Source: Candidatus Aminicenantes bacterium (GTDB lineage: Bacteria > Acidobacteriota > Aminicenantia > Aminicenantales > JAFGAV01). Taken from it: 64,000 nucleotides of DNA. The notes beneath the pieces were generated by a model. It saw nothing but the letters and a program-made list of their open reading frames with translations. It was not told the DNA's origin and made no database searches. Location of the stretch: positions 1,634,774 through 1,698,773 of the forward strand of contig OY970122.1 of assembly GCA_963705895.1 (NCBI GenBank), read 5' to 3'. This document shows positions 50,073-60,411 of the stretch, piece by piece; the stretch's first letter is position 1; each line of letters opens with the position of its first letter. The translations under genes and the position numbers were made by a program.

Positions 50073-52049
50073 ATGCCGGAAGAGATACAAAACAAAGTCC
50101 GCCGGAATAACAAATTCCTTTTAGTCGCCCTTGTCGCGATGTTAGGTCTGTCCACGGCATTTTTTAGGCTGGGCTCCAAAGGCTTATGGGGCGATGAAGT
50201 CTGGCAGGTCTATTGGTCTCAACAACAATCTTTTTGGCAGACGCTCGCACGCTTTACGATATTTAACGAAGCGAATAGCCTTCGCCATCTAAGCGATAGC
50301 AAGCTCCCCGTCCTGGTGACGAGCGTCGATAACTATCCGCTGCATTTTCTTTGGACGCATCTCACCACCAAGCTCGGGACAAGTGAATTCTGGGCCCGGT
50401 TCCCTTCGGCGTTTCTCGGCGCAGCCAGCGTTCTAATTATGTTCCTGCTCGGCCGCAAGCTGTTCGGGCAAAGAGCCGGGCTCACGGCGGCCGTGCTTAT
50501 GGCTCTTGCACCTTATCATGTCTGGTATGCCCAAGATGCCCGGCCCTATTCCGCGCTAGTCTTTTATTCGTTGCTATCCCTTTATTTTTTTGCGGAGATT
50601 CTGGAGCGGCCTTCGTGGAAAGCCTGGCTGGGTTTTGTGCTGGCGACAACCCTGAACTTCTATAATCATATGCTGGCATCTTTGCCTTTTATTACGGAAT
50701 TGATGGTCAGCGCAGGGATAGGAATAATCTGGTGGCTACGAGCTCGATCTACAAAGCTGCAGACTGATGTTTCAGAACGCCACAAGATCCGGAGGTCCTT
50801 GTGGATGGCTTGGAGCGGCCTTTTCGTTGCGGCCGTCATCGCTCTTCCCGTCCTCGCAAAAGCGATTATTCTCATCAAACTCCAGGGCCTTGTGCCGGGC
50901 CAAAACACGCGTTTTCAGTTGACATCTCAGTTCCTGGGAAGTCTGTTTAGTTCCTTCGGGGCAGGGAACGGGACACTTTTATGGGCGTTCATTTTGTTGT
51001 CGATTATTGGATTGGGAACGGCGTTGTTCCGCCGTCCTTGGTTTGGGATCTTGACCTTAGTTTGGATAGCATTTCCATTAGTCTCTCTCGGGATAATGCA
51101 GCCGCGCCGCGTCGTTCCCTTGCGCTACCTTCTTTTTATCCAACCGCTTTATCTTCTGACGATTGCTTTGGGATGTCACAGGGTCATAGAAGCATTGGGC
51201 CGTCTCAAGGATATTGTGTTGCCCAAGATGTCCTTGGGGAGCAAGGTCTGGAGTTGGATGCCGACCGGCATTGTCGTGAGCGTTATTTTTTTCACCGTGT
51301 TCCCCCTGACATGGAAAGGTTACAGGGTCGAGAAGATCAACGATTGGAGCGGGCTATGTTCTTACTTGCACTGCCGGGTTGAACAGGGCGACATCATTGT
51401 CGGAGAAGATTATGCATCTTACGTTATGGACTGGAGCTACAGAAAAAGAAACGGCGTCGCCCTTGTTAGACCGGACCGCTATTCTCTGGATGAATTGAGA
51501 GACATGGGCCGGAATGTCTGGTATCTCGCTTTAGATGACCATCCCCCGTATACGCGGGCCGCTTTCTTGCAGAGGAACTTCGAGGAAACTCCTAAGTCCG
51601 CCTATGCCAAATCGGACTTGCTGCCTCCCGATTATAACTGCGGCGGCCGGATATTTTTCCCCAATTTCGAACTACCGGTGAGACTTTACAGTCACAAAGC
51701 GGCATTTGCACCATCACTGATAGAATTCAAGGACTGGCCCGGTTCCAAGAATTGGCCGAATTACGTCCTAATCGAACCCAGGGATCACTATGACGTTGTC
51801 CTTCGTCTGCCGGCAGCCGCTTCCAGAATCCTATTGATCACTATGTGGGATTTTGTGGAAAGAGATCTAGTCCTGTATCTCAATGACAGGCTGATCGGCG
51901 CGATCAAGGCGGGCAAGAGCGGCGGCCGATGGGTTACTTTTCGCTTTCCGCTTTCCCCCTCCGACCCCGATACGTTTCTGCTGAAAATGATGAATCCCGG
52001 TTCGAAGGTTTCCTGCGTCAGCAGGGTCGAAGTCCAATATGCCCAGTGA
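50073..52049 (+). CDS. Polytopic membrane glycosyltransferase of the GT39/GT83 (PMT/ArnT-like) superfamily
   Basis: N-terminal ~400 aa with 10+ TM segments in a PMT_2/ArnT-like pattern (LGSKGLWGDEVWQVYWS...), then a soluble C-terminal domain. Start chosen at ATG 50073 (the upstream start in the track is TTG). Confidence 0.6.
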   Translation: MPEEIQNKVRRNNKFLLVALVAMLGLSTAFFRLGSKGLWGDEVWQVYWSQQQSFWQTLARFTIFNEANSLRHLSDSKLPVLVTSVDNYPLHFLWTHLTTKLGTSEFWARFPSAFLGAASVLIMFLLGRKLFGQRAGLTAAVLMALAPYHVWYAQDARPYSALVFYSLLSLYFFAEILERPSWKAWLGFVLATTLNFYNHMLASLPFITELMVSAGIGIIWWLRARSTKLQTDVSERHKIRRSLWMAWSGLFVAAVIALPVLAKAIILIKLQGLVPGQNTRFQLTSQFLGSLFSSFGAGNGTLLWAFILLSIIGLGTALFRRPWFGILTLVWIAFPLVSLGIMQPRRVVPLRYLLFIQPLYLLTIALGCHRVIEALGRLKDIVLPKMSLGSKVWSWMPTGIVVSVIFFTVFPLTWKGYRVEKINDWSGLCSYLHCRVEQGDIIVGEDYASYVMDWSYRKRNGVALVRPDRYSLDELRDMGRNVWYLALDDHPPYTRAAFLQRNFEETPKSAYAKSDLLPPDYNCGGRIFFPNFELPVRLYSHKAAFAPSLIEFKDWPGSKNWPNYVLIEPRDHYDVVLRLPAAASRILLITMWDFVERDLVLYLNDRLIGAIKAGKSGGRWVTFRFPLSPSDPDTFLLKMMNPGSKVSCVSRVEVQYAQ

Positions 52050-52145
52050 TCGCTCGGCTACCCCCTTATCGTCTCAATTCCCGCCACTCTTGGCCTGCAT
52101 CGAATTATTTACAGGCATGGCCTTTGGACTAGCAATCCGGGGGCC
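52050..52145 (+). repeat. Tail-repeat copy X (internal ~95-nt portion)
   Basis: cgtctcaattcccgccact...ttacaggcatggcctttggact matches 60625-60700. Confidence 0.55.
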
Positions 52146-52227
52146 GCTTGAATTGCTACAAAACGACACCATGGACATGCTATGGTAAAGATATGGTCAA
52201 TTTAGGGAATTCGAGATATGCCAGGTC

Positions 52228-52256
52228 TTGACATTTTCTTGTGGCCCGGCATATTA
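52228..52256 (+). promoter_or_regulatory. Conserved sigma70-like promoter of the repeat-protein cassette (also at ~54679, ~56045, ~57462, ~59170, and on the minus strand upstream of 36492 and 37902)
   Basis: TTGACA, 17 nt, ATATTA/TATTAT. Followed by a ~50-nt conserved 5'UTR (aatcaatagggcgatcaagctt...) and a GGGGAGGG RBS before ATG. Confidence 0.45.
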
Positions 52257-52311
52257 TTTTAATCAATAGGGCGATCAAGCTTATAATTTAAGCAAAGGGG
52301 AGGGAAAATCA

Positions 52312-53484
52312 ATGTCGAAAAAGCGATTTGGGTGGGTATTTCTTTTGCTGTTCTTCCTGGCTGCATCTCTTCAAGCACAAATCAACTTGCTTCATTCGTT
52401 TGCCGGGGCCACATCGGATGGAGCACATCCATGGGGTTCACTGATATTCAAAGGCTCCACGTTGTACGGAATGACTTCGCATGGCGGCACGAGCGACAAC
52501 GGCACGATATTCAAGACCAACACGAACGGCACGAAGTTCGCCGTGCTTCACGCGTTTGCCGGCGGCGCTGCTGATGGAGCAATTCCATGCGACTCATTGA
52601 TTCTCAAAGGCTCCACATTGTACGGGATGACTGAACGTGGCGGCCCCAGCGACCTAGGTACGATATTCAAGGTCAATACAAACGGCGCAGGGTTCGCGCT
52701 GCTTCATTCCTTTGCTGGGGGCGCATCCGATGGATCCCTTCCATCTATGGCGAATCTGATTCTCAAAGGCTCCACATTGTACGGAATGACCCCGTATGGC
52801 GGCACGAACGGCAACGGAACAATATTTAGGATTAATACGAATGGCAAGGGATTTGAGCTGCTTCACTCGTTTGCCGGGGGCGTAACAGACGGACAATTTC
52901 CAGAAGGTTCACTGATATTAAGCCGCTCCACATTGTACGGCACGACTCATAACGGCGGCTCCTCTTACAACGGCACGATATTCAAGGTCAATACGGACGG
53001 CAGTGGGTTCATGCTGCTTCACTCGTTTACCGGGGCCACATCGGATGGAGCGTATCCATGGCGTTCACTGCTACTTAAAGGCTCCACGTTGTATGGAATA
53101 ACAATGGACGGCGGCATCAATGATCTCGGCACGGTATTCAAGGTCAATACGAACGGCACTGGGTTCGTGCTGCTTCATTCGTTTGCTGGCGGCGCATCAG
53201 ATGGGAAATATCCATTAGGATCACTGATTCTTAGAGGCTCGATATTGTACGGAATGACCCCGGACGGCGGTACCAATGATATGGGCACGATATTTATTAT
53301 CAACACGGACGGCACGGGATTCGATTTAATTTATTCCTTCGCCGGCTATCCATCGGATGGAGCCTATCCTTATGGGTCACTGATAGAAAAGGGCGTCAAG
53401 TTCTACGGAATAACTTATGGGGGAGGCGCTTCAGATAATGGCGTCATCTTCTCCTATAGCCTGAAATATGGACCTGCGAAATAG
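52312..53484 (+). CDS. Secreted 7-repeat GloVer-like protein, paralog C
   Basis: MSKKRFGWVFLLLFFLAASLQAQ plus 7 repeats. Ends with a short extension (SYSLKYGPAK). Confidence 0.8.
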   Translation: MSKKRFGWVFLLLFFLAASLQAQINLLHSFAGATSDGAHPWGSLIFKGSTLYGMTSHGGTSDNGTIFKTNTNGTKFAVLHAFAGGAADGAIPCDSLILKGSTLYGMTERGGPSDLGTIFKVNTNGAGFALLHSFAGGASDGSLPSMANLILKGSTLYGMTPYGGTNGNGTIFRINTNGKGFELLHSFAGGVTDGQFPEGSLILSRSTLYGTTHNGGSSYNGTIFKVNTDGSGFMLLHSFTGATSDGAYPWRSLLLKGSTLYGITMDGGINDLGTVFKVNTNGTGFVLLHSFAGGASDGKYPLGSLILRGSILYGMTPDGGTNDMGTIFIINTDGTGFDLIYSFAGYPSDGAYPYGSLIEKGVKFYGITYGGGASDNGVIFSYSLKYGPAK

Positions 53485-53639
53485 GATTTCCTAAGAGAAT
53501 CCTATCGTGACGAACTCGGCCCCAGGGGTATAGCCCGCAGAGGCAGTTCGTAGATAGAACGAATTTACAGACCGAATTAGAGTTTGGCAAGTGTCCGCAA
53601 ATTCAGAATTCTGAAATTTCACCACCAACCCCTCTCTTC

Positions 53640-54672
53640 TAAAACTGACAGACATGGTTTACACGTTGGGCTTTCTTTTATAGGCTTATTTCGATTAGCA
53701 AAGGAGAAGCCCCATGGTCAGCTACGATCCCGTCAAAAATCAAAGATGGCGTCTGGGTATCATGCGTCATTATGAGGAGCTGGGTCATAATGCTTCGAAG
53801 ACATGTCGATACTTTGGGATCAGTCGATGCGCTTTTTATAGATGGCGGAGGAGATATCTTGAGCTCGGAGAGCAGGGTCTCTTGGACCGTTCTCGTAGAC
53901 CTATCCGTAGCCCCAGGGCAACGAGACCCGAGATCATCGGCAAGATTATCTATCTGAGGCAAACCTATCATTTTGGACCATGGAAGATCATGGTTTATCT
54001 TGAACGCTATCACGATATGCATGTCAGCAGCTCCGGGATCTGGAGGATCCTTAAGAAACTTCAGATGAATCGCCTACCTTCAAATCAGCGCTATGCAAGG
54101 CACTCGGAACGCTGGAAGAGATACGAGAAGCCCATGCCCGGGCACAGAGTTCAGGTAGATGTTAAATTTTTGGAGAAGATACCGGGCGCCAGGAAACGGT
54201 ACTACCAATATACAGCGATTGACGATTGCACCAGGCTCCGCGTTTTAAGGATTTATGAAAATAATACCCAGAAATCTGCGATTCAGTTTATTGATTATGC
54301 CCTGTCGCGCTTACCCTTTAGGACCGAAGTGGTCCAAACAGATAATGGCTCCGAGTTTCAAGGGCAGTTCCATTGGCATGTTCTCGATAAGGGGATAAAT
54401 CATGTATATATAAAACCACGTCGACCTAGATTGAATGGGAAGGTTGAACGAAGTCATCGGATTGACGAGGAGGAGTTTTATCGAATGCTGAATGGGGTCG
54501 TCATCGACGATTCGGGTCTATTCAACGAGAAGCTGAGGGAATGGGAAGACTTCTACAACTACGATCGGCCCCATTCGGCACTAGGGGGAAAGACCCCTTA
54601 TGAACGCTTTCGCGAAAGAGTCGGGCTCGAGTGTAACCAATCATGATCAGTCCTACACAACCTTGACATTAT
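53640..54672 (+). mobile_element. IS481-family insertion sequence (approximate ends)
   Basis: Single transposase ORF with imperfect terminal inverted repeats (GACAGACATGGTTTACAC / rc GATCATGATTGGTTACAC). Inserted in the conserved spacer between paralogs C and D. A possible short target duplication (CAACC) lies at both junctions. Confidence 0.55.
53714..54646 (+). CDS. IS481-family transposase (HTH plus DDE integrase core)
   Basis: N-terminal HTH (CRYFGISRCAFYRWRRRY), then the rve core with D...D...E (QVDVKF...QTDNGSEF...RSHRIDEEEF). Confidence 0.85.
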   Translation: MVSYDPVKNQRWRLGIMRHYEELGHNASKTCRYFGISRCAFYRWRRRYLELGEQGLLDRSRRPIRSPRATRPEIIGKIIYLRQTYHFGPWKIMVYLERYHDMHVSSSGIWRILKKLQMNRLPSNQRYARHSERWKRYEKPMPGHRVQVDVKFLEKIPGARKRYYQYTAIDDCTRLRVLRIYENNTQKSAIQFIDYALSRLPFRTEVVQTDNGSEFQGQFHWHVLDKGINHVYIKPRRPRLNGKVERSHRIDEEEFYRMLNGVVIDDSGLFNEKLREWEDFYNYDRPHSALGGKTPYERFRERVGLECNQS

Positions 54673-54745
54673 TATGCGGCCCAACATATTATTTTTATCA
54701 ATAGGGCGATAAAGCTTATTATTTAGGCCTTAAGGAGGGGAATCG

Positions 54746-55891
54746 ATGTCGAAAAAGCGATTTGGCTGGGTTTTTCTTTTCCTGTTTTTCCTGGTTACAT
54801 CTCTTCAGGCACAAATCAACCTACTTCACTCGTTTGCCGGCGGCGCTACGGATGGAGCCTACCCAGCAGGCTCACTGATATTAAAGGGCTCCACGTTATA
54901 CGGAATGACATCTAATGGCGGCACCAGCAACTTTGGCATGATATTCAAGATCAACACGAACGGCACCGGGTTCGCACTGCTTCACTCGTTTGCCGGCGGC
55001 GCTACGGATGGAGACTACCCAGAAGGCTCACTGATATTAAAAGGCTCCACATTGTATGGAATGACCGTAGGAGGCGGTCCCTATGACTACGGTACGATAT
55101 TCAAGATCAATACGAACGGCACCGGGTTCGTGCTGCTTCACTCGTTTGCCGGCGGCGCTACGGATGGAGAGTACCCAAAAGGCTCACTGATATTAAAAGG
55201 CTCCGTGTTGTACGGAATGACGAATGGCGGCGGCAGCAGCGATGTAGGCACGTTATTCAAGATCAATAGGAACGGCAGCGAGTTTGTGCTGCTTCATTCG
55301 TTTGCCGGCGCAGCAGACGGAGCAAGTCCATGTGATTCACTGATATTAAAAGGCTCCGCGTTGTACGGAATGACTGAAATCGGTGGCACCAGCAACTGGG
55401 GCACGATATTCAAGATCAATACGAACGGCAGCGGGTTCGCGCTGCTTCACACGTTTACCGGGACCGCATCCGATGGGCAAATGCCATATGGGTCGCTAAT
55501 TCTCAAAGGCTCTGCGATGTACGGAATCACCCAATACGGCGGCGCCTCTGGGGATGGCGCGATATTCAAGATCAATACAAACGGCACGGGGTTCGTGCTG
55601 CTTCACTCCTTTATCGGCACGGATGGACTGTATCCATTTGGATCACCGATTATCAAAGGCTCCACGTTGTACGGGATGGCATGGAACGGCGGCGCCAGCA
55701 GCTTTGGCACGATATTCAAGATGAACAAAGACGGCACGGGATTCGTGCTGCTTCACTCATTTGCCGGGGCCACATCGGATGGAGCGTATCCCCATGGATC
55801 ACTGATACTCAAGGGTTCCACGTTGTACGGAATGACGAATGTGGGAGGGGCTTCAAATAAAGGCGCTATCCTCTCCTACAACCTGAAATAA
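54746..55891 (+). CDS. Secreted 7-repeat GloVer-like protein, paralog D
   Basis: Same signal peptide and repeat architecture. Confidence 0.8.
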   Translation: MSKKRFGWVFLFLFFLVTSLQAQINLLHSFAGGATDGAYPAGSLILKGSTLYGMTSNGGTSNFGMIFKINTNGTGFALLHSFAGGATDGDYPEGSLILKGSTLYGMTVGGGPYDYGTIFKINTNGTGFVLLHSFAGGATDGEYPKGSLILKGSVLYGMTNGGGSSDVGTLFKINRNGSEFVLLHSFAGAADGASPCDSLILKGSALYGMTEIGGTSNWGTIFKINTNGSGFALLHTFTGTASDGQMPYGSLILKGSAMYGITQYGGASGDGAIFKINTNGTGFVLLHSFIGTDGLYPFGSPIIKGSTLYGMAWNGGASSFGTIFKMNKDGTGFVLLHSFAGATSDGAYPHGSLILKGSTLYGMTNVGGASNKGAILSYNLK

Positions 55892-56134
55892 AGGCGCACG
55901 AAATAGCATTCCATAGAAAATCATATTGTGGCAAATTCGCCCTTGGGGCTATAGTCCGCAGAGGTAGTTAATAGACAGAACGAACTTGCAGACCGAATTC
56001 AAGTCCGGGATGCGTTTGCAAATTCAGCATTCTGCAATTTCCCCACCAGCCTTGACATTATTTTTCGGGCCGACATATTATTTCAATCAATAGGGCGATA
56101 AAGCTTATTATTTAAGCATTAAGGAGGGGAATAG

Positions 56135-57292
56135 ATGTTAAAAAAGCAATTTGGGTGGGTTTTTCTTTTCTTGTTTTCCCTGGCCGTATCTCTTCAAGCA
56201 CAAATGATTGTTCTTCACTCGTTCGCTGGCGCCACAGCGGATGGGGGATATCCAAGTGGATCACTGATTTCAAGCGGCTCCACGTTGTACGGAATGACGG
56301 ATTGGGGCGGCGCCGACAGTGATGGCACGATATTCAAGATCAATAAGGACGGCACGGGATACGCTGTGCTTCATTCGTTTGCCGGCGGCGCATCGGATGG
56401 GAGAGCTCCATATTTGGCGTCACTGATTCTCAAAGGCTCCACATTATACGGAACGACACTTAATGGCGGCACTGGGGATGGCGGCACGATATTCAAGATC
56501 AATAGGAACGGCACGGGATTCGCGGTGCTTCACTCTTTTGTCGGCGGAGCATCGGATGGGGTTCTTCCCATTGGGTCACTGATTATAAAAGGCTCCGCGT
56601 TGTACGGAATGACTCAATACGGCGGCACCGCCAATATGGGCACGATATTCAAGATCAATAAGGACGGCAGCGGGTTCGTGCTGCTTCACTCTTTTGCCGG
56701 AGGTGCCTCGGATGGGGATTACCCATATGGGTCGCTGATTCTCAAAGGCTCCGCGTTTTACGGAATGACTCAATACGGCGGCACCAGCAACTGGGGTACG
56801 ATATTCAAGATCAATACAAACGGCACAGGATTCGCCCTGCTTCACTGGTTTGCCGGCGGCGCATCGGATGGAAGATACCCACAGGGGTCTCTAATAGCCA
56901 AAGGCATGACGTTGTACGGGATGACGAATGGGGGCGGCACCAGCGATATCGGCACGATATTCAAAATCAATAAGGATGGCACAGGATTCGCCCTGCTTCA
57001 CTCGTTTGCCGGCCCCACATTGGATGGGCAATGGCCAGCTGGAGCACTGGTAGTAAAAGGCGCCACGCTGTACGGATTGACTCAAAACGGCGGCAGCACT
57101 GGATTAGGTGTGCTATTCAAGATCAACACGAACGGCACAGGATTCGCCCTGCTTCACTCGTTTGCCGGCCCCACATTGGATGGGTCATGGCCAGATGGGG
57201 CGCTGATTTTGAAAGGCTTCATGTCATACGGGCTGACGTATCGGGGAGGTGCTTCAGACATGGGCACTATCTTCTCTTTCAGCCTGAAATAA
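56135..57292 (+). CDS. Secreted 7-repeat GloVer-like protein, paralog E
   Basis: MLKKQFGWVFLFLFSLAVSLQAQ plus 7 repeats. Confidence 0.8.
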   Translation: MLKKQFGWVFLFLFSLAVSLQAQMIVLHSFAGATADGGYPSGSLISSGSTLYGMTDWGGADSDGTIFKINKDGTGYAVLHSFAGGASDGRAPYLASLILKGSTLYGTTLNGGTGDGGTIFKINRNGTGFAVLHSFVGGASDGVLPIGSLIIKGSALYGMTQYGGTANMGTIFKINKDGSGFVLLHSFAGGASDGDYPYGSLILKGSAFYGMTQYGGTSNWGTIFKINTNGTGFALLHWFAGGASDGRYPQGSLIAKGMTLYGMTNGGGTSDIGTIFKINKDGTGFALLHSFAGPTLDGQWPAGALVVKGATLYGLTQNGGSTGLGVLFKINTNGTGFALLHSFAGPTLDGSWPDGALILKGFMSYGLTYRGGASDMGTIFSFSLK

Positions 57293-57418
57293 AGGCGCAC
57301 GAAATAGCATTCCATTAGAAAATCATATTGTGACAAATTCGCCCCTTGGGCTATAGTCCGCAGAGGCAGTTCGCAGACAGAACGAACTTGCAGACCGAAT
57401 TCGAGTTTGGCAAGTATC

Positions 57419-57436
57419 CGCAAATTCTGAAGTTTG
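57419..57436 (+). promoter_or_regulatory. Palindromic operator-like site GCAAATTCTGAAGTTTGC upstream of the cassette promoter (variants at ~53600 and ~56020, and on the minus strand at ~36570)
   Basis: Imperfect 18-nt inverted repeat ~25 nt upstream of the -35. The 53600 copy carries the perfect palindrome TCAGAATTCTGA. Confidence 0.35.
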
Positions 57437-57535
57437 CAATCTCCCCCGGCCTTGACATTATTTTGCGGCCCGGCATATTATTTTAATCAATAGGGCGATC
57501 AAGCTAATAATTTAAGCAAAGGGGAGGGAAAATCA

Positions 57536-58693
57536 ATGTCGAAAAAGCGATTTGGGTGGGTATTTCTTTTCCTGTTTTTTCTGGCCGTATCTCTTCAGGC
57601 ACAAATCAACTTGCTTCACTCGTTTGCCGGCGGAGCATCGGATGGGGAATGGCCATGCGGGTCGCCGATATTAAAAGGCTACACGTTGTACGGAATGACG
57701 TCTGGGGGCGGCACCAGCGACCTAGGCACGATATTCAAGATCAATAGGGACGGCTCGGGATTCGCGCTGCTTCATTCGTTTGCCGGCGGCGCATCGGATG
57801 GAGCAGGTCCAAGTAGATCACTGATATTAAAAGGCTCCACATTGTACGGGATGACGTATGGGGGCGGCGGCAGCGATCTTGGAACGATATTCAAGATCAA
57901 TAGGGACGGCACGGGATTCGCGCTGCTTCATTCTTTTGGCGGTGGCGCATTGGATGGAGAATATCCCTGGGGGTCCCTGATATTAAAAGGCTCCGCGTTG
58001 TACGGAATGACGAATTATGGCAATTCCAGTGATGGCGGCACGATATTCAAGATCAATACAAACGGCGCGGGATACATGTTGCTACATTCGTTTGCCGGTG
58101 CGCCAACGGATGGGATGCATCCCCGGGGGTCACTGATTCTCAAAAGCACCTCGTTGTACGGAATGACTGTGGGCGGCGGCTCCAGCCTTGGTGGCACGAT
58201 ATTCAAGATCAATACGAACGGGACAGGATTCGCGCTGCTTCATTCGTTTTCCGGCGGCGCGTCGGATGGGGAAGGTCCGTGGGATTCTCTGATAGTAAAA
58301 GGCTCCACGCTATACGGAATGGTATATTGGGGCGGCACTAGCGATAAAGGTACGATATTCAAGATCAATGCGAACGGCACGGGGTTCACGCTGCTTCATT
58401 CATTTTCCGGCGACGCAACAGATGGAGCGTATCCAAATGGCTCACTGATATTAAAAAGCTCCACGTCCTACGGAATGACGTATGGGGGCGGCGCCAGCAA
58501 CTATGGCACGATATTCAAGGTCAACACGAACGGCACGGGATTCGAGCTGCTTCACTCGTTTCAAGGCGGTGCTACGGATGGGGCATATCCATATTTTGGG
58601 TCACTGATAGCCAAAGGCTCCACGTTGTACGGGATGACGAATGGTGGAGGGGCTTCAGACTTAGGCGTTATCTTCTCCTTCAACTTGAAATAA
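57536..58693 (+). CDS. Secreted 7-repeat GloVer-like protein, paralog F
   Basis: Same architecture. Confidence 0.8.
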   Translation: MSKKRFGWVFLFLFFLAVSLQAQINLLHSFAGGASDGEWPCGSPILKGYTLYGMTSGGGTSDLGTIFKINRDGSGFALLHSFAGGASDGAGPSRSLILKGSTLYGMTYGGGGSDLGTIFKINRDGTGFALLHSFGGGALDGEYPWGSLILKGSALYGMTNYGNSSDGGTIFKINTNGAGYMLLHSFAGAPTDGMHPRGSLILKSTSLYGMTVGGGSSLGGTIFKINTNGTGFALLHSFSGGASDGEGPWDSLIVKGSTLYGMVYWGGTSDKGTIFKINANGTGFTLLHSFSGDATDGAYPNGSLILKSSTSYGMTYGGGASNYGTIFKVNTNGTGFELLHSFQGGATDGAYPYFGSLIAKGSTLYGMTNGGGASDLGVIFSFNLK

Positions 58694-59045
58694 AGGCCAT
58701 CGAAATAGGATTCCATAAGAGAATCATATCGTGACGGATTCGCCCCCGGAGTTGTAGTTCGTAACTAGAGCTCGTCCCCTTTTTTAGGGCGATCAAAATT
58801 CTGTGCCCGCTTGATAGATAGAATAGGGCCGTCCCGCCTCACCTGGCGGTCTCCCCCAGGCCTCAAATGATGAGCAGAACGGAACGGCCCCAGATAGGCC
58901 CCGGCCCGTCTCATTTCCCGCCATTTTCGCTATTTACCAGCCTTTTTACAGGCTTGCCCCGCGGACTAGCTATCCGCCGGCCAGCGGAAAATTGCCCCCG
59001 GTCTTTAACTCTTCCTGGTTTTTCTCATAATATCTGGACCGATTT
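58694..59045 (+). repeat. Tail-repeat copy Y (~350 nt, full)
   Basis: Aligns along its length with 60412-60775. Ends ...ctggaccgatttgaagtagggg. Confidence 0.65.
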
Positions 59046-59253
59046 GAAGTAGGGGCAATCACTTGTCAAGGACAGCTCGGGGGCGATTTGATAGAGGCCC
59101 GGCTAAACTTCCGCCCGTTTTGTTGTCTATAGATGGCAAATGATTATCCCGCCCGTCGAGCAAAGCCTGAAGCGCTTGACATCGTCTTCTTTTTGGCATA
59201 TTAATTCAGCCAAAGAGCGGCAAAACTCAACCAAAACAAAGGAGAAAAACGAA

Positions 59254-60411
59254 ATGTCGAAAAAGCGATTTGGGTGGATATTTCTTTTCATGTTTTTCCT
59301 GGCTGCATCTCTTCAAGCACAAATCAACTTGCTTCACTCGTTTGCCGGCGGCGCTACGGATGGGAAGTACCCATATGCGGCGCCAGTATTAAAAGGTTCC
59401 ATGCTGTATGGAGTGACAATTAATGGCGGCACCAGCGACCTAGGCACGATATTTGCGATTAATACGAACGGCACGGGATTCGTTGTGCTTCACTCATTCG
59501 CCGGCGGGGCATCAGATGGCGCAGATCCGTTGGGCTCGTTGATATTAAAAGGCTCCACGTTGTATGGGATGACTTCGGGGGGCGGCACCTACAGCTATGG
59601 CACGATATTCAAGGTCAATACGAACGGCACGGGATTCGCGCTGCTTCACACGTTTACCGGCGGCGCATCGGATGGAGCAGGTCCATATGGCTCGCTGATA
59701 TTAAAAGGCTCCGCGTTGTACGGGATGACTTATATCGGCGGCAGCGCTGCATATGGCACGATATTTAAGATCAATACGAACGGTACGGGATTCGCGCTGC
59801 TTCACACGTTTATCGGCGGCGCATCGGATGGGAAATACCCATTTTTTGCGTCATTGATTCTCAAAGGCTCCGTGTTGTACGGAATGACGCAAAAGGGCGG
59901 CAGCAGTGATGATGGCACGATATTTAAGATCAATACGAACGGCACGGGATTCGCGCTGCTTCACACGTTTATCGGCGGCGCATCGGATGGGAAATACCCG
60001 TACGGGTCACTGAGAGCCAAAGGCTCTGCCTTGTACGGAATGACATTCGGGGGCGGCACCAGCGACTCAGGTACGATATTCAAGGTCAACACGAGCGGGA
60101 CGTTATTCGCGCTGCTCCACTCGTTCGCCGGCGGTGCATCGGATGGGAAATCTCCAATTGGGTCACTGGTCCTTAAAGGCTCCAAAATATACGGAATGAC
60201 CGAAAAAGGCGGCAATAGCGACCTAGGCACGATATTCACGATCACGACGGTCGGCACGGGATTCGAGCTCATTCATTCGTTTGCCGGTGGCGCATCGGAT
60301 GGAGCGGTTCCAAATGGCTCGCTGATATTAAAAGGCTCCGCGTTGTTCGGAACGGCGAATGGGGGAGGGGCTTCAAACTACGGCGTGATATTCTCCCTCA
60401 GCTTGAAATAA
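59254..60411 (+). CDS. Secreted 7-repeat GloVer-like protein, paralog G
   Basis: Start at ATG 59254 (MSKKRFGWIFLF), with an AAGGAG RBS. The upstream in-frame extension in the ORF track is rejected. Confidence 0.8.
   Translation: MSKKRFGWIFLFMFFLAASLQAQINLLHSFAGGATDGKYPYAAPVLKGSMLYGVTINGGTSDLGTIFAINTNGTGFVVLHSFAGGASDGADPLGSLILKGSTLYGMTSGGGTYSYGTIFKVNTNGTGFALLHTFTGGASDGAGPYGSLILKGSALYGMTYIGGSAAYGTIFKINTNGTGFALLHTFIGGASDGKYPFFASLILKGSVLYGMTQKGGSSDDGTIFKINTNGTGFALLHTFIGGASDGKYPYGSLRAKGSALYGMTFGGGTSDSGTIFKVNTSGTLFALLHSFAGGASDGKSPIGSLVLKGSKIYGMTEKGGNSDLGTIFTITTVGTGFELIHSFAGGASDGAVPNGSLILKGSALFGTANGGGASNYGVIFSLSLK

Noticed and set aside
58867-59052. 61-aa ORF inside the tail repeat as a conserved small protein
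   Set aside because: The homologous copy at 60590-60775 has an in-frame stop (taa) at the aligned position, and the third copy is partial. The element is conserved as DNA, not as protein.
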